Assembly: GCA_018712065.1 (NCBI GenBank)
Contig: DVHL01000036.1
Span: 46,455-110,454 of the forward strand
DNA from: Candidatus Fimimonas gallinarum
GTDB lineage: Bacteria; Bacillota; Clostridia; Christensenellales; CAG-314
Direction of reading: 5' to 3'
DNA length: 64,000 bases
Below the pieces are notes generated by a model. The model did not search any database. It was not told the DNA's origin and saw nothing but the letters and a program-made list of their open reading frames with translations. Positions 10,275 through 20,896 of this stretch are shown here, in pieces. The translations under genes were made by a program, and so were the position numbers. The first letter of the stretch is position 1. The number at the start of each line of letters is the position of its first letter.

Positions 10275-11105
10275 TCAGATTGCCACCTCGAATTTTTCAG
10301 AAAAAGGCTGAAATTGGTAGTTTTCCAAAGCCACATCGTCCACGGTGAACTTGTAGAAATCGGTGATATCCTTGTTTATTACAAACTTAGGAGCGGGAAG
10401 CGGCGTGCCTTGCAACATTCTTTCTACCTGCGGAATGTGCCTGTCGTAGATGTGAGCGTCGGCAATTACATGCACGAGTTCCCCAACCTGCAAGCCGGAA
10501 ACCTGCGCAAACATGTGCACAAGCACGGCGTACTGCACCACATTCCAGTTGTTGGCGACAGCCATGTCGTTGGAACGTTGGTTGAGAATGGCGTTGAGTT
10601 TTCCGTCGGTAACGTTGAACGTTACAGAATAGGCACAAGGATACAAATGCATTTCCGAAAGGTCGCTGTGTACATAAATGTTGGTGATGATACGTCTGCT
10701 TGCAGGATTGTGTTTGAGGTCGTACAGTACCCTGTCCACCTGGTCGAACATTCCTTCCTTGTAGCGGTGCTTGACGCCCAACTGATAGCCGTAGGCCTTG
10801 CCGATACTTCCCGTTTCGTCCGCCCAACTGTCCCAAATGTGGGAATGAAGGTCGTGAACGTTGTTGCTTTTCTTTTGCCAAATCCACAACAATTCGTCTA
10901 CGGCATTTTTGAATGCCGTGCGTCGCAATGTGATTACGGGAAATTCCTCCTGCAAGTTGTATCTGTTTACAATGCAAAACAGTTTTTTTGTGTGTGCAGG
11001 CGTGCCGTCCAACCAGTGGGGACGCACTTGTGCATTTTCGTCGGAGTAGCCGTGGTCTATTATGTCGTGCATATTCTGCATAAAAATTATGTCAGCCTTA
11101 CTCAT
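10275..11105 (-). CDS. thyA: thymidylate synthase (ThyA type)
   Basis: 276 aa with ThyA-like blocks (RTAFKNAVDELLWIW, AYGYQL, and NQRSNDMAVANNWNVVQYAVLVHMFA, a variant of the usual MALPPCH block). Confidence 0.95.
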   Translation of the reverse strand: MSKADIIFMQNMHDIIDHGYSDENAQVRPHWLDGTPAHTKKLFCIVNRYNLQEEFPVITLRRTAFKNAVDELLWIWQKKSNNVHDLHSHIWDSWADETGSIGKAYGYQLGVKHRYKEGMFDQVDRVLYDLKHNPASRRIITNIYVHSDLSEMHLYPCAYSVTFNVTDGKLNAILNQRSNDMAVANNWNVVQYAVLVHMFAQVSGLQVGELVHVIADAHIYDRHIPQVERMLQGTPLPAPKFVINKDITDFYKFTVDDVALENYQFQPFSEKFEVAI

Positions 11106-11131
11106 TTGTAACCTCGTTTTTTGTTTTTTAT

Positions 11132-11175
11132 ATTATACCAAATTTGCTCTTTTCCGTAAAGACAAAAAGAGCGAA
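11132..11175 (-). promoter_or_regulatory. extended -10 promoter upstream of thyA, with a hairpin over the -35 region
   Basis: Minus strand TGgTATAAT (11132-11140). An 8-bp inverted repeat GCTCTTTT/AAAAGAGC (11149-11175) overlaps the -35 position. Confidence 0.45.
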
Positions 11176-11341
11176 CAAAGGGGGTTATTTTGTTTTTTTC
11201 AAAATGAAAATAAGGTGGCAACCGTATTTTTGTTTACAGTTGAAAAATATAAAATAAAAAATCATGAAGAATAAATTTTGCAGTAGAAAACGAATGTTAA
11301 CGCGCCGTAAAGTTGTAAACCGCAACTGCTTTTATTGAAGC

Positions 11342-11774
11342 TTGCTTTTGCAGTCCAAAGTTAAAAGACGTAAAATTTTAAGCATCTGACGGCAAAGTAT
11401 TTTTTCGCAAAAAAACGCAAAAGAAAAAAGAACAAAAAACAAACTTTTTGGCAACGGAAAACACTACTCGGCAATAACACTGCAACTCAAAGTGACAAAA
11501 ACATTGCACCGTTGTGAAAATTTTTGAATATTCGCTGACGTACAAATTGCAATACATTAACTGACTTTGAAAAAGTTTGCTTTTCAGCCCAAAGTTAAAA
11601 GACGTAAAATTTTAAGCAAATGACGGCAAAGGATTTTTTCGCCAAAAAACGCAAAAGAAAAAAAAGAACAAAATAACAAACTTTTTGGCAACGGAAAACA
11701 CTACTCGGCAATAACACTGCAACTCAAAGTGACAAAAATTTTGCACCGTTGTAAAAATTTTTGAATATTCTCTG
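11342..11774. repeat. two copies of a ~197 nt direct repeat (11342-11537 and 11577-11774, period 235)
   Basis: Long near-identical blocks, e.g. CCAAAGTTAAAAGACGTAAAATTTTAAGCA and ACTTTTTGGCAACGGAAAACACTACTCGGCAATAACACTGCAACTCAAAGTGACAAAAA. Confidence 0.85.
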
Positions 11775-11926
11775 CAAAACAGAGGTGTGGGCATACAGTA
11801 CAGTGTGCAAAAACGCCCCAAAAATACAAATACGCTTGCAGGCAGTTTGCAAACAAATTGCCGACGGTTTGTTGCACAATGTCCACTACAGAAACAAAAA
11901 AAACGCCCCGAAAGAGGGCGTTTGAT

Positions 11927-13165
11927 TTACTTATTTTTGCGTTTGTGTTTTTCTCCGTCGCCATCGGGCTTTATCTGTTTTTCCACGGTGGGAACGACAA
12001 AAACGTTTTTGTGCAATTCCGAAACACGAGCCTGTATGTAATCGGTGATTTCCCTTGACGTAAGTTTGGTGTCGAAATGCACGGCAACGTCGAAAATAAG
12101 GTTGATGTGCGTGGGACCTTTCACCATACGGAAGTCGTGAATGTCAAAATCGGTATCCAAATCCTTGACTATTTTTTCCACTTCCTGCTTGTACTCGTCC
12201 AATTCCGGATCGCCTATCACAACGGGGTCGAGGTGCGTTACCAAAGTGATGTCGGTGTTTTGCGCAAAGTCTCTTTCGATACTGTCCATAAGGTCGTGGC
12301 TTGCAAGTACGTCCTTGGAGGAGTCCACCTCGACGTGCACGCTTGCATAGTACTTGTTTGGTCCGTAATTGTGAACGTTGAGGTCGTGAATTCCGTACAC
12401 GCCGGGGAAACTTTTTATGCGTCTGTTGATTTCCTCTATCAGTTTGTCATCGGGGGCTTCGCCCAACAGTTGATTTATCGTACCTTTGAGAATTTTTATT
12501 CCCGCAATGGCAATCACTACGGAAACGGCAACTCCCATCACTCCGTCAAGGTTGATGTTGGCAAAGTTGGAAACGATTACCGCAACCAACACTGCGCTTG
12601 TGGCGCAAACGTCGGACAAACTGTCCGTAGAAGTGGCTTTTAGCAATTGAGAGTTGTAGTCCTTGCTCAACTTTCTGTTGAACAGAAACATCCAGAACTT
12701 CACCACGATGGAAAGGCTGAGCGCCGCCACCGTCCACACGCTGAACTCCAATTGCTCCGCTTCGCCTTTTACAAGTGCCGCCACCTTTGTTACGCTTTCC
12801 GACGCAAGTTGAAACGCCAGAATAAGCACGATGAACGCCACAATCATGGAGGCAATGTATTCCATTCGTTTGTGTCCGTAGGGATGTTCGCTGTCGGCAG
12901 GTTTGCTTGCCAACTTCAAACTGATGAGAGAAACGACGTTGCTTCCGCAATCGGTGAAGTTGTTGAGTCCGTCCGCCAAAACGGACAATGCCCCGAACAG
13001 CGCCCCCACGATAACTTTTGCGGAGGCAAGCAACACGTTGAGCACAATGCCGACGATGCTGGACATTTTCCCTACGTTTTCACGAACGTCGGATTTTGCA
13101 GTGTCTTTGTAGTTTTTTACAAACAATTTAAGTAACAATCCGATCATGCGCAAATTGTACTGCAA
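11927..13165 (-). CDS. cation diffusion facilitator (CDF) family metal transporter
   Basis: Six TM helices with the CDF motif (SVLADGLNNFTDCGSN, HPYGHKRMEY) and a C-terminal cytoplasmic domain. Confidence 0.85.
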   Translation of the reverse strand: MQYNLRMIGLLLKLFVKNYKDTAKSDVRENVGKMSSIVGIVLNVLLASAKVIVGALFGALSVLADGLNNFTDCGSNVVSLISLKLASKPADSEHPYGHKRMEYIASMIVAFIVLILAFQLASESVTKVAALVKGEAEQLEFSVWTVAALSLSIVVKFWMFLFNRKLSKDYNSQLLKATSTDSLSDVCATSAVLVAVIVSNFANINLDGVMGVAVSVVIAIAGIKILKGTINQLLGEAPDDKLIEEINRRIKSFPGVYGIHDLNVHNYGPNKYYASVHVEVDSSKDVLASHDLMDSIERDFAQNTDITLVTHLDPVVIGDPELDEYKQEVEKIVKDLDTDFDIHDFRMVKGPTHINLIFDVAVHFDTKLTSREITDYIQARVSELHKNVFVVPTVEKQIKPDGDGEKHKRKNK

Positions 13166-13195
13166 ACTGCAATCTGTGTCAATACTTTTTTGTTG

Positions 13196-14506
13196 TTACA
13201 GGCGGTTTACGTTTTGCGAAAAGGTGGCTGCCACACAGTCTACCGCTTTTTGCGCCTGCGCCCCCTCGGCATAGGCACGCACCACGTTTTCCGTGCCGCT
13301 TTTGCGAAGTACCAAACGGCAATCGGGATACAGTTGCGATACACGTCCTGCGGTGTTTTGCAATCTGTCGCCGTCGCACAGCGCAATGTTGCTTTCCGTC
13401 AGAGGAATGTTTTTGCTGACGCTTGTTATTTCTACGCACGGAGAGGCATATTGCAACAAACTGCCTTTTTCACGGTAGATTTTGCACAAAAACAGCGCAT
13501 TTATCAAAGCGTCGCTACTTGTGGCGTAGTCGCACAGCAAATAGTGTCCGCTTTGTTCGCCCCCGAAATTGAGTCCTTCCTTCACCATAGTGTTGAAAAC
13601 GTTTGTGTCGCCGACGTCGCTGCGCAAAAGACGTATTCCAAGCCCGTTAAGCGCCGATTCCACTCCGCCGTTGGTAAGCACCGTTCCGCACACGGTGTTG
13701 TTGCGCAATCTGCCTTTTTCCGACAAATACCTTGCCATTGCAAAAAACACTTTGCTGTTTGGCACGACGACGTTGTTTTCCACCACTGCAAGTCTGTCGG
13801 CGTCGCCGTCCAATGCAAACCCCAACGAATAATCTCCCTGCTTCATCTTTTCCAACAAAAAAGACGTGTTGGTTGCGCCGCAATTCTGGTTTATCAGTTT
13901 GCCGTTGTTTCTGTTGCAAAACACCGTTACGTTGGCTTTGGCACGGGAAAACAGCATACGCCCCACCTTGTAACCTGCGCCGTAACAACAATCCAACGCA
14001 ATTTTCACGTTGGACAAATCCACATCCACTGCCGAAAGCACGTCGTCGCAGTAGATGTTTTCTATGTCGTAAAAAACAGGTTCAAAAATTTTGCCCTTTA
14101 TTTCGGGATTCTGACACAGTCCCGACATCATTCGGGAAACTACTTCCTGTTTGGAAGGGCAAAGTTTGACGCCGTACCTGTCAAACACTTTAAGCCCGTT
14201 GTCCTGCGGCGGATTGTGACTTGCAGTAATCATAACGCCGTAGTCGCCGCCCATTTTGCGCACAAAATGCCCCACTGCGTTGGTGGGCAAAATGCCGAGA
14301 TTGATGACGTTGCCCCCTCCGTCGTACACGCCCTGCGCCAAAGCGTTGAAAAGGTTTTCTCCGGAAATTCGGGTGTCCCTGCAAATCAACACTATCGGAC
14401 ACTCCTCACCGAGAAGGGCAAGGCTTTTGCCTAACAAAAAGGCAGTACCGTCTGTCAAGGTACTGCCGTAAGTTCCACGTATTCCGTCCGTACCGAAAAA
14501 ATTCAT
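13196..14506 (-). CDS. glmM: phosphoglucosamine mutase (alpha-D-phosphohexomutase family)
   Basis: MNFFGTDGIRG..., active-site loop TASHNPPQDNGLK, metal-binding DGDADR. Confidence 0.85.
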   Translation of the reverse strand: MNFFGTDGIRGTYGSTLTDGTAFLLGKSLALLGEECPIVLICRDTRISGENLFNALAQGVYDGGGNVINLGILPTNAVGHFVRKMGGDYGVMITASHNPPQDNGLKVFDRYGVKLCPSKQEVVSRMMSGLCQNPEIKGKIFEPVFYDIENIYCDDVLSAVDVDLSNVKIALDCCYGAGYKVGRMLFSRAKANVTVFCNRNNGKLINQNCGATNTSFLLEKMKQGDYSLGFALDGDADRLAVVENNVVVPNSKVFFAMARYLSEKGRLRNNTVCGTVLTNGGVESALNGLGIRLLRSDVGDTNVFNTMVKEGLNFGGEQSGHYLLCDYATSSDALINALFLCKIYREKGSLLQYASPCVEITSVSKNIPLTESNIALCDGDRLQNTAGRVSQLYPDCRLVLRKSGTENVVRAYAEGAQAQKAVDCVAATFSQNVNRL

Positions 14507-14850
14507 AGATGTTCCTCCACAATGTCCAATGCTTTTCTTCGGTATTTTCTTCGACGCCAGCGACCTGCCTGTGCATGGTTTGCCGTCGGATTTATATTTG
14601 CAATTTTGCCCGTGTACTTTTTTGTTCTTTTGTATTTTACAACATTTTGTCCTTTTTCCTGTTGTTTGAGTTTACCTTTCCTTTTTGCCGTCAGGAAGTT
14701 TGCAACACCGTGTCAAAATGTTTTTCAGTGCAACTTGCGTTACCTGCTCTTTACATTTCTATCGACAAATTGAAGTTGCGTAAATGTAAAATTTTCCAAC
14801 GAAAGATTTTTTGAGTTGTCTTCTGTTTAGGCTGTTTTTCTTTTTATATT

Positions 14851-15759
14851 TTAGTTTTGTTTTTTGGAAATCATTCCCGAATACGCCGAGGCAAAAGTTC
14901 CCGCAATGGCTCCGTCGGCGCAGGCGGTTACTATCTGTTTCATAGGACCGTTTGTAACGTCCCCCGCAGCATACAAACCGTCAACGGTGGTTTTGCGTTT
15001 GTCGTCTACCACCAGATATCCGTTTTGCCTTGCAACGCCTTCGATATTGATGAATTCCGTGGAAGGCGCAGCGCCTATTGCCACAAAAATTCCGTTGACT
15101 TCCAGCGTTTTGCTTTCCTTTCCGTCGAAAACATCCATTGCCGACACCACGTCGTCACAGTGTATGACGGAAACCTGACTGTTGTACAAAACCTTGACGT
15201 TGCTCTTTTGCAAAAGATGATTGACGGCAAGTTCCTCCGCACGGAAGTTTTCGCCGGGAACGACAACGTACACAACGCTGCACAAATCCGCCAGATAGGT
15301 GGCTTCTCTTACGGCAGGCGTACCTCCGCCCACAACGGCAACGGGACGGTTGCGATAGAAATTTCCGTCGCATGTAGCGCAATAGGAAACGCCCTTGCCT
15401 ACGTAGGGAGCCTCAAATCCCAACTTGTTGTGTGAAGTGCCTGTCGCCACAATCACGGCGGGGAAATGCCACTCCGCCTTGTCTGTTTTTATTACAAAAT
15501 CGTCGCCCTTAGTTAGGGAAAGCACCTTTTCCCGCACTGTTTTCAAGCCCAACGCCTTTGCCTGCTCCACCATGTTGGAAGCAAGTTGCCAACCCTCTAT
15601 GTTTTTGTAGGAAGGGTAATTTTCTATCTCGCCCAAATTTGCCGTCTGACCGCCAAAACCGAACTGTTCAAACATTGTAGCGTCGGCATTTGCACGCAAA
15701 GCGTACACTGCCGCCGAAAGTCCTGCTACGCCGCCGCCGATTATTGCTATTTTTTTCAT
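14851..15759 (-). CDS. trxB: thioredoxin-disulfide reductase
   Basis: MKKIAIIGGGVAGLSAA (FAD GxGxxG), redox CATC in SYCATCDG, and a second dinucleotide fold. Start moved to ATG 15759. Confidence 0.9.
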   Translation of the reverse strand: MKKIAIIGGGVAGLSAAVYALRANADATMFEQFGFGGQTANLGEIENYPSYKNIEGWQLASNMVEQAKALGLKTVREKVLSLTKGDDFVIKTDKAEWHFPAVIVATGTSHNKLGFEAPYVGKGVSYCATCDGNFYRNRPVAVVGGGTPAVREATYLADLCSVVYVVVPGENFRAEELAVNHLLQKSNVKVLYNSQVSVIHCDDVVSAMDVFDGKESKTLEVNGIFVAIGAAPSTEFINIEGVARQNGYLVVDDKRKTTVDGLYAAGDVTNGPMKQIVTACADGAIAGTFASAYSGMISKKQN

Positions 15760-15917
15760 TGTTCCCTCGTTATTGCACCATTGTAGTTTATTTTGCGTGG
15801 CGCAACTTGTAGTAATTTGATTTTTTGTGCACACTATTGACAGACACGCCGCCTGTGTGTACAAAATATTGTACCACACATTGCGCCGTCTGTAAATGCA
15901 AAGATGCCTTTTCGCAA

Positions 15918-15952
15918 CAAAAAACACTTCCGCAAAAGAAGTGTTTTTTTGT
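15918..15952 (-). terminator. bidirectional rho-independent terminator downstream of glpK
   Basis: 8-bp stem AACACTTC/GAAGTGTT flanked by an A-run and a T-run. Confidence 0.6.
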
Positions 15953-15972
15953 TAATGTTACTGTTTGAAATA

Positions 15973-17454
15973 CTACTTGCAACGTGCCTGACGCACTGCC
16001 TTTGCCCAACCTTCCACAAGTTCACGGCGACGTTCGTCCGTCATTTTGGGTTGAAATTCTCTGTCTACCTTGATGTTGGCGCGAATATCGGCAACGTCTT
16101 TCCAATAGCCGATGCACAGCCCTGCAAGATAGCATGCACCCAAAGCCGTTGTTTCCGTAACCTTGGGACGCACCACCGTTGCGTTGAGAATGTCCGCCTG
16201 GAACTGCATAAGGAAGTTGTTTGCACTTGCGCCGCCGTCGACGTTGAGGCTTTTGATTTTCACATTGGCGTCACGCTGCATTGCGTTTACCAAATCGTAC
16301 ACCTGGTAGTCGATGGCTTCCAAAGCGGCACGGATGAAGTGTTCCTTTTGCGTGCCACGGGTAACGCCTGTAATGGTGCCTCGTGCATCGGGGTCCCAAT
16401 AGGGGGCTCCCAATCCCGTGAAAGAGGGCACAATGTACACGCCGTTGGTGTCGGGTACTTTTTTGGCGTAGTTTTCCGTTTCCGCCGCCTGTTTAATCAT
16501 GCGCATTTCGTCACGCAACCACTGGTTGATTGCACCGCCGATGAAAACGCTTCCCTCCAAAACGTAGGGAGGTTTGTCGTCCAACGACGCACCCAAAGTG
16601 GTAACAAGCCCGTTGGTGGATTTGACAGGTTTGTGTCCTGTGTTCATCAGCAGGAAGCAACCTGTGCCGTAGGTGTTTTTGACGTCGCCTTCCTCCACGG
16701 CAAGGTGTCCGAACAACGCTGCCTGTTGGTCGCCCACCACGCTGCAAATGGGAATTTCCCTTCCGATGAATGTTTCGTCCGTCATGCCGTAGTTGTAGCC
16801 GGAGGGGTGTACCTCGGGAAGCATACAACGGGGAATGTCAAACAACTTCAAAAGGTCGTCGTCCCAAGTGAGGGTGTGAATGTTGAACAGCATTGTACGG
16901 CAGGCGTTTGTGTAGTCGGTGGCGAAAATTCTGCCACGGGACAACTGCCACATAATGTAGGTGTCCACCGTGCCGAAAAGCAGGTCGCCCTTTTCCGCAC
17001 GGGCTCTTACTCCCTCCACGTTGTCCAAAATCCATTTTAGTTTTGTGGCGGAAAAGTAAGCGTCCAGCACCAAACCCGTTTTTTCGTAAATCATGTCGGC
17101 AAGCCCGTCTTCTTTGAGTTTTTCGCAGTAGTCGGCTGTTCGGCGACATTGCCACACAATGGCGTTGTACACGGGTTTACCTGTGTTTTTGTCCCAAACA
17201 AAGGTGGTTTCACGTTGGTTTGTGATGCCGATTGCCGCAATGTCCGTTGCGGATACATTGGCACGAATCAGCGCTTCCACAATGACGCCTACCTGCGAAC
17301 CGTAGATGTCGTGCGGATCATGCTCCACCCAACCCGGTTTGGGGTAGATTTGCGGAAATTCCTGCTGCGCCTTTCCCAAAATGTTGCCCTGTTTGTCGAA
17401 AACAATGGCACGGGAACTTGTTGTGCCTTGGTCTAAAGCAAGTATGTATTTCAT
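15973..17454 (-). CDS. glpK: glycerol kinase
   Basis: [24 protein letters not shown]... with FGGY kinase motifs throughout. Start placed at ATG 17454. Confidence 0.95.
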   Translation of the reverse strand: MKYILALDQGTTSSRAIVFDKQGNILGKAQQEFPQIYPKPGWVEHDPHDIYGSQVGVIVEALIRANVSATDIAAIGITNQRETTFVWDKNTGKPVYNAIVWQCRRTADYCEKLKEDGLADMIYEKTGLVLDAYFSATKLKWILDNVEGVRARAEKGDLLFGTVDTYIMWQLSRGRIFATDYTNACRTMLFNIHTLTWDDDLLKLFDIPRCMLPEVHPSGYNYGMTDETFIGREIPICSVVGDQQAALFGHLAVEEGDVKNTYGTGCFLLMNTGHKPVKSTNGLVTTLGASLDDKPPYVLEGSVFIGGAINQWLRDEMRMIKQAAETENYAKKVPDTNGVYIVPSFTGLGAPYWDPDARGTITGVTRGTQKEHFIRAALEAIDYQVYDLVNAMQRDANVKIKSLNVDGGASANNFLMQFQADILNATVVRPKVTETTALGACYLAGLCIGYWKDVADIRANIKVDREFQPKMTDERRRELVEGWAKAVRQARCK

Positions 17455-17528
17455 TTTTCTTTCTCCGTATTGTCTTTTTTTGTACAACAACCAAATGCAG
17501 TTTTCACTGCTTAAAAAGCAATTCCCGT

Positions 17529-17891
17529 CTATTTGGCATCGACGTTTTTGGTAACGATGAAGTCCACACCGCAACCGCAGATGTCGCTTACGGCAACATC
17601 ACCGATATGTACGGGGGCTTTCAAAGTAACGTTTTTGAGCAGTTCCAAACCTTGGAAAATGAGATGTTTGGGAATAGCCTCTCTGGTTTTTACGGAAACC
17701 ATGGGGATTGTTCCGTTTTCCACATGTACAGAACCGGTAACCATGCGTTTGGGAGAAGTAACTTCGTTGATAGCGTAGGTTACTCCACGGGGGCATGTGT
17801 TGCCCGTAACCTTGATGTTGTTTTTGTCGCTGTCGTCAACCGTGAGATGACATCCCATGGGACAGTTTATGCAAATCATTTCTCTAATCAT
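17529..17891 (-). CDS. DUF1667 domain protein (small subunit-like partner of the glycerol-3-phosphate oxidoreductase pair)
   Basis: [10 protein letters not shown]...[11 protein letters not shown] pattern. Its position after two FAD oxidoreductases matches the known clostridial arrangement. Confidence 0.8.
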   Translation of the reverse strand: MIREMICINCPMGCHLTVDDSDKNNIKVTGNTCPRGVTYAINEVTSPKRMVTGSVHVENGTIPMVSVKTREAIPKHLIFQGLELLKNVTLKAPVHIGDVAVSDICGCGVDFIVTKNVDAK

Positions 17892-17902
17892 TGTACTTCT
17901 CC

Positions 17903-19159
17903 TTATTTAATCAGCGTAATTTCCACTTCCGACGCCTGCTTCAACGCCTTCATTTGCTCTGCCGTCAAAACAATGTTTTCCATTTCGCCGGGGGCAACGA
18001 CGGGACGCTTTCTGCCAAACACTTTCACGCCGTCGGCAAGCACTGCGAGTTCCACCTTCTTGAACACGTTGGAAACACGCATTTTGAAACTCTGATTGGC
18101 GTACACTTCGTCTTTGTTGAGCACTGTAGGTACACAATAACGCACACCGTTTGTGCATTTTATGGTCAATTTTTCGTGGCAGGGCTTTGCGCCTTTGATG
18201 TACTCGGCAGCACATTTTCCTGCATTTTCGCTTTCGGCGGAAACAAAGTCCACCAGGTCGTGCACGTGAAGTACGTTGCCGCACTCGAACACGCCGTCGA
18301 TGTTGGTCATGAGGTTTTCGTCGACAACCGCTCCGCCCGTAGTGTTGGAAAGGGCGACATGCGCATTTTTGGCAAGTTCGTTTTCCGGAAGCAATCCTAC
18401 CGACAGCAACAGAGTGTCGCAAGGAATGAGCGTTTCCGTTTCCTTTTTGGGTTGAAGTTTTTCGTCCACTTCCGCAACGACAACGCCTGTCACACGGTCC
18501 TTACCCTTGATGTCCACAACTGTGTGCGAGAAGTAAAGAGGAATGTCAAAGTCGTTGAGGCATTGCACGATGTTTCTGTTCAAGCCGGAAGAATAGGGCA
18601 TGATTTCCACGACAGCCTTGACTTTTGCGCCTTCAAAGGTCATACGGCGAGCCATGATAAGTCCGATGTCGCCGCTGCCCAAAATTACCACTTCCTTACC
18701 GGGAAGGTATCCGTCGATATTGACCAACTTCTGAGCAGTACCTGCGGAAAACACGCCTGCGCCACGCATTCCTGCCGTGTTGATAGCTCCACGGGGACGT
18801 TCACGGCAACCGCATGCGAGAATTATTGCCGTTGCCTGCACCTGAACAAGTCCGTCCTGTGCGGAAACGTAGGTTACCACCTTGTCGTTGGAAACGTCAA
18901 TTACCGTAGCGTTGAGTTTGTACTGTATTCCACGTTGTTTGACTTGTTCTATGTAGCGGGCGGCATATTCCGGTCCCGTCAATTCTTCTTTGAATGTGTG
19001 CAAACCGAAACCGTTGTGGATGCACTGATTGAGAATACCGCCAAGTTCCGGTTCACGTTCCAGAATGAGGATGTCACGTTCGCCACAGTCGTAGGCGGAT
19101 TTTGCTGCGGCAAGCCCTGCAGGACCGCCACCTACAATTACAAGATTAACCTTTTTCAT
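17903..19159 (-). CDS. NAD(P)/FAD-dependent pyridine nucleotide-disulfide family oxidoreductase
   Basis: N-terminal VIVGGGPAGLAAA and a second GSGDIGL dinucleotide fold. Its start codon overlaps the stop of the upstream gene by 1 nt. Confidence 0.8.
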   Translation of the reverse strand: MKKVNLVIVGGGPAGLAAAKSAYDCGERDILILEREPELGGILNQCIHNGFGLHTFKEELTGPEYAARYIEQVKQRGIQYKLNATVIDVSNDKVVTYVSAQDGLVQVQATAIILACGCRERPRGAINTAGMRGAGVFSAGTAQKLVNIDGYLPGKEVVILGSGDIGLIMARRMTFEGAKVKAVVEIMPYSSGLNRNIVQCLNDFDIPLYFSHTVVDIKGKDRVTGVVVAEVDEKLQPKKETETLIPCDTLLLSVGLLPENELAKNAHVALSNTTGGAVVDENLMTNIDGVFECGNVLHVHDLVDFVSAESENAGKCAAEYIKGAKPCHEKLTIKCTNGVRYCVPTVLNKDEVYANQSFKMRVSNVFKKVELAVLADGVKVFGRKRPVVAPGEMENIVLTAEQMKALKQASEVEITLIK

Positions 19160-20589
19160 TACTTTGTCCTCCCCACTACTACGTTGCTCTTTCCGCCGCC
19201 TTTGGTGATGTCCTGCATGTCGCAGCCCAATTCACGGGCAAGAATTTCCATTATTCTGGGTGTGCAGAATCCTGCCTGACAACGTCCCATGCCGGCACGG
19301 GTGCGACGTTTGACGCCGTCAAGGTCTTTTGCTCCGACGGGGCGACGGATGGCTTCCACAATTTCCCCTTCCGTTACCATTTCGCAACGGCAGACGATTT
19401 TTCCGTACAGGGGGTTGCGCTCGATGAGTTTTTCTCTTTCCACGTTGGACATTGTGGCAAAATGAGGAATAGCCTTGCGTTTTGCCTCAAAGTGAAGTTT
19501 GTTTTTCAAAGAAAGTCTTGTAGCAACCTGCGTTGCAATGTCTACAGCTATTGCGGGAGCGCAGGTAAGTCCCGGGCTTTCGATACCGGCAATGTTGTAG
19601 AAGTTTCTGACGCTGCTTTCCCCCACCACAAAGTCGTCGGTGTCGAGGTGAGCACGCAAACCGGAAAACTGTGTGATTATATTCCTGCGGGACAGGGAAG
19701 GTTCGGTGATAAGTCCTCTGTTGAATGCCGAGTTCAATTCGTCGGCAGTTGTGCTTACATCGTCCTTGTCTTCCACATCCGTAGCCGTGGGGCCAACCAG
19801 AATGTTGCCGTGCGTTGTGGGTGTTACCAAAACTCCCTTGCCCATGTTGGTGGGAAGTTGGAACAGCGTGTGCGAAGCAAGATATCCGCAAGTTTTGTCC
19901 ATCAAAACGTAGTCGCCTTTGCGTGCCGTGATGTGCATTTTTTCAGGACAAATCATATTGTTTATTTTGTCGGCGTAGACGCCTGCGCAGTTGATTACTA
20001 CCTTTGCCTGATGCACCGAACCGTCGGCACATTCCACGTCAAACACGTCGCCTTGTTTCTTGACGGAAACAACCTCCGAAAGGAAACGGAATTCCACACC
20101 GTTTTCGGCGGCGTTTTCCGCATAGGCTACTGCCATTTCGTAGGGAGATGCAATGCCTCCGTTGGGTACAACCAATGCCGCCACGGCTTTTTCCGAAACG
20201 TACGGCTCCATTGCTCTGATTTTGTCGTTGCCTTCGATAATGTACATATCGGGTACGCCGTTTTTGATTCCACGGTCGTACAGTTCCTGCAATTTGCCCT
20301 TTTGACTTTCGTCAAAACACAACACCATGGATCCGTTGCGACGGAAAGGAAATTCCAATTCTTCCGCAAGTTTGTCAAACATTTTGTTTCCCAAAATGTT
20401 GTAATGCGCTTTCAAAGTGCCGGGCATGGCATCGTAGCCACCGTGCACGATACCGCTGTTAGCCTTTGTCGTTCCGACAGACACGTCGTTGCCTCTTTCC
20501 AGCACCAGAATTTCCGTTTTGTATCTTGACAGTTCACGTGCGACCGAACAGCCCACGATGCCACCGCCGATTACAATTACATCTTTCAT
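19159..20589 (-). CDS. FAD-dependent glycerol-3-phosphate dehydrogenase/oxidase-like protein with a BFD-like [2Fe-2S] domain
   Basis: MKDVIVIGGGIVGCSVARE (DAO fold). C-terminal CRCEMVTEGEI...CQAGFC cysteine pattern. Confidence 0.8.
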   Translation of the reverse strand: MKDVIVIGGGIVGCSVARELSRYKTEILVLERGNDVSVGTTKANSGIVHGGYDAMPGTLKAHYNILGNKMFDKLAEELEFPFRRNGSMVLCFDESQKGKLQELYDRGIKNGVPDMYIIEGNDKIRAMEPYVSEKAVAALVVPNGGIASPYEMAVAYAENAAENGVEFRFLSEVVSVKKQGDVFDVECADGSVHQAKVVINCAGVYADKINNMICPEKMHITARKGDYVLMDKTCGYLASHTLFQLPTNMGKGVLVTPTTHGNILVGPTATDVEDKDDVSTTADELNSAFNRGLITEPSLSRRNIITQFSGLRAHLDTDDFVVGESSVRNFYNIAGIESPGLTCAPAIAVDIATQVATRLSLKNKLHFEAKRKAIPHFATMSNVEREKLIERNPLYGKIVCRCEMVTEGEIVEAIRRPVGAKDLDGVKRRTRAGMGRCQAGFCTPRIMEILARELGCDMQDITKGGGKSNVVVGRTK

Positions 20590-20657
20590 TGCATCCTCCT
20601 GAGTTGTAACTTTTTTTGCTGATTATTATGCTGAAAAACCACAGCACTACATTGTAT

Positions 20658-20729
20658 ATTATAAAGAGGGAAAAACAAAATTTCAACAGGGTTTTTGAAA
20701 AAAAATGCCGTTTTTTTTAAAAAAAACGG
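20658..20729 (-). promoter_or_regulatory. consensus sigma-A promoter of the glycerol operon with an upstream A/T-tract palindrome
   Basis: Minus strand TTGAAA (20681-20686), 17 nt spacer, TATAAT (20658-20663). A perfect palindrome CCG-T8-A8-CGG at 20708-20729 sits where an UP element would be. Confidence 0.55.
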
Positions 20730-20896
20730 AAAGTTTGACATTGCCAAAACATCTCTTTTGCCTTTCCTTGTTTTTGCAAAACATTGTGTATTGCCTTTTG
20801 TAACAAATGAAACGAAAACTGCCAAAAAATGCTTTCGAAAAGCCGTAAAATACATTAAAAAAAGGAAAATCACGCCATTTTTACAATTTTACAAAC

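Noticed and set aside
14851-15927. ORF-track N-terminal extensions: trxB to 15927, glpK to 17574, folA to 10022, veg to 44902, DUF378 to 34448, typA from 29802, serS from 40990, yfcE to 22276, and MFS to 55664.
   Set aside because: In each case a downstream start with a proper Shine-Dalgarno sequence gives the canonical family N-terminus. The extensions read through promoter or terminator sequence.
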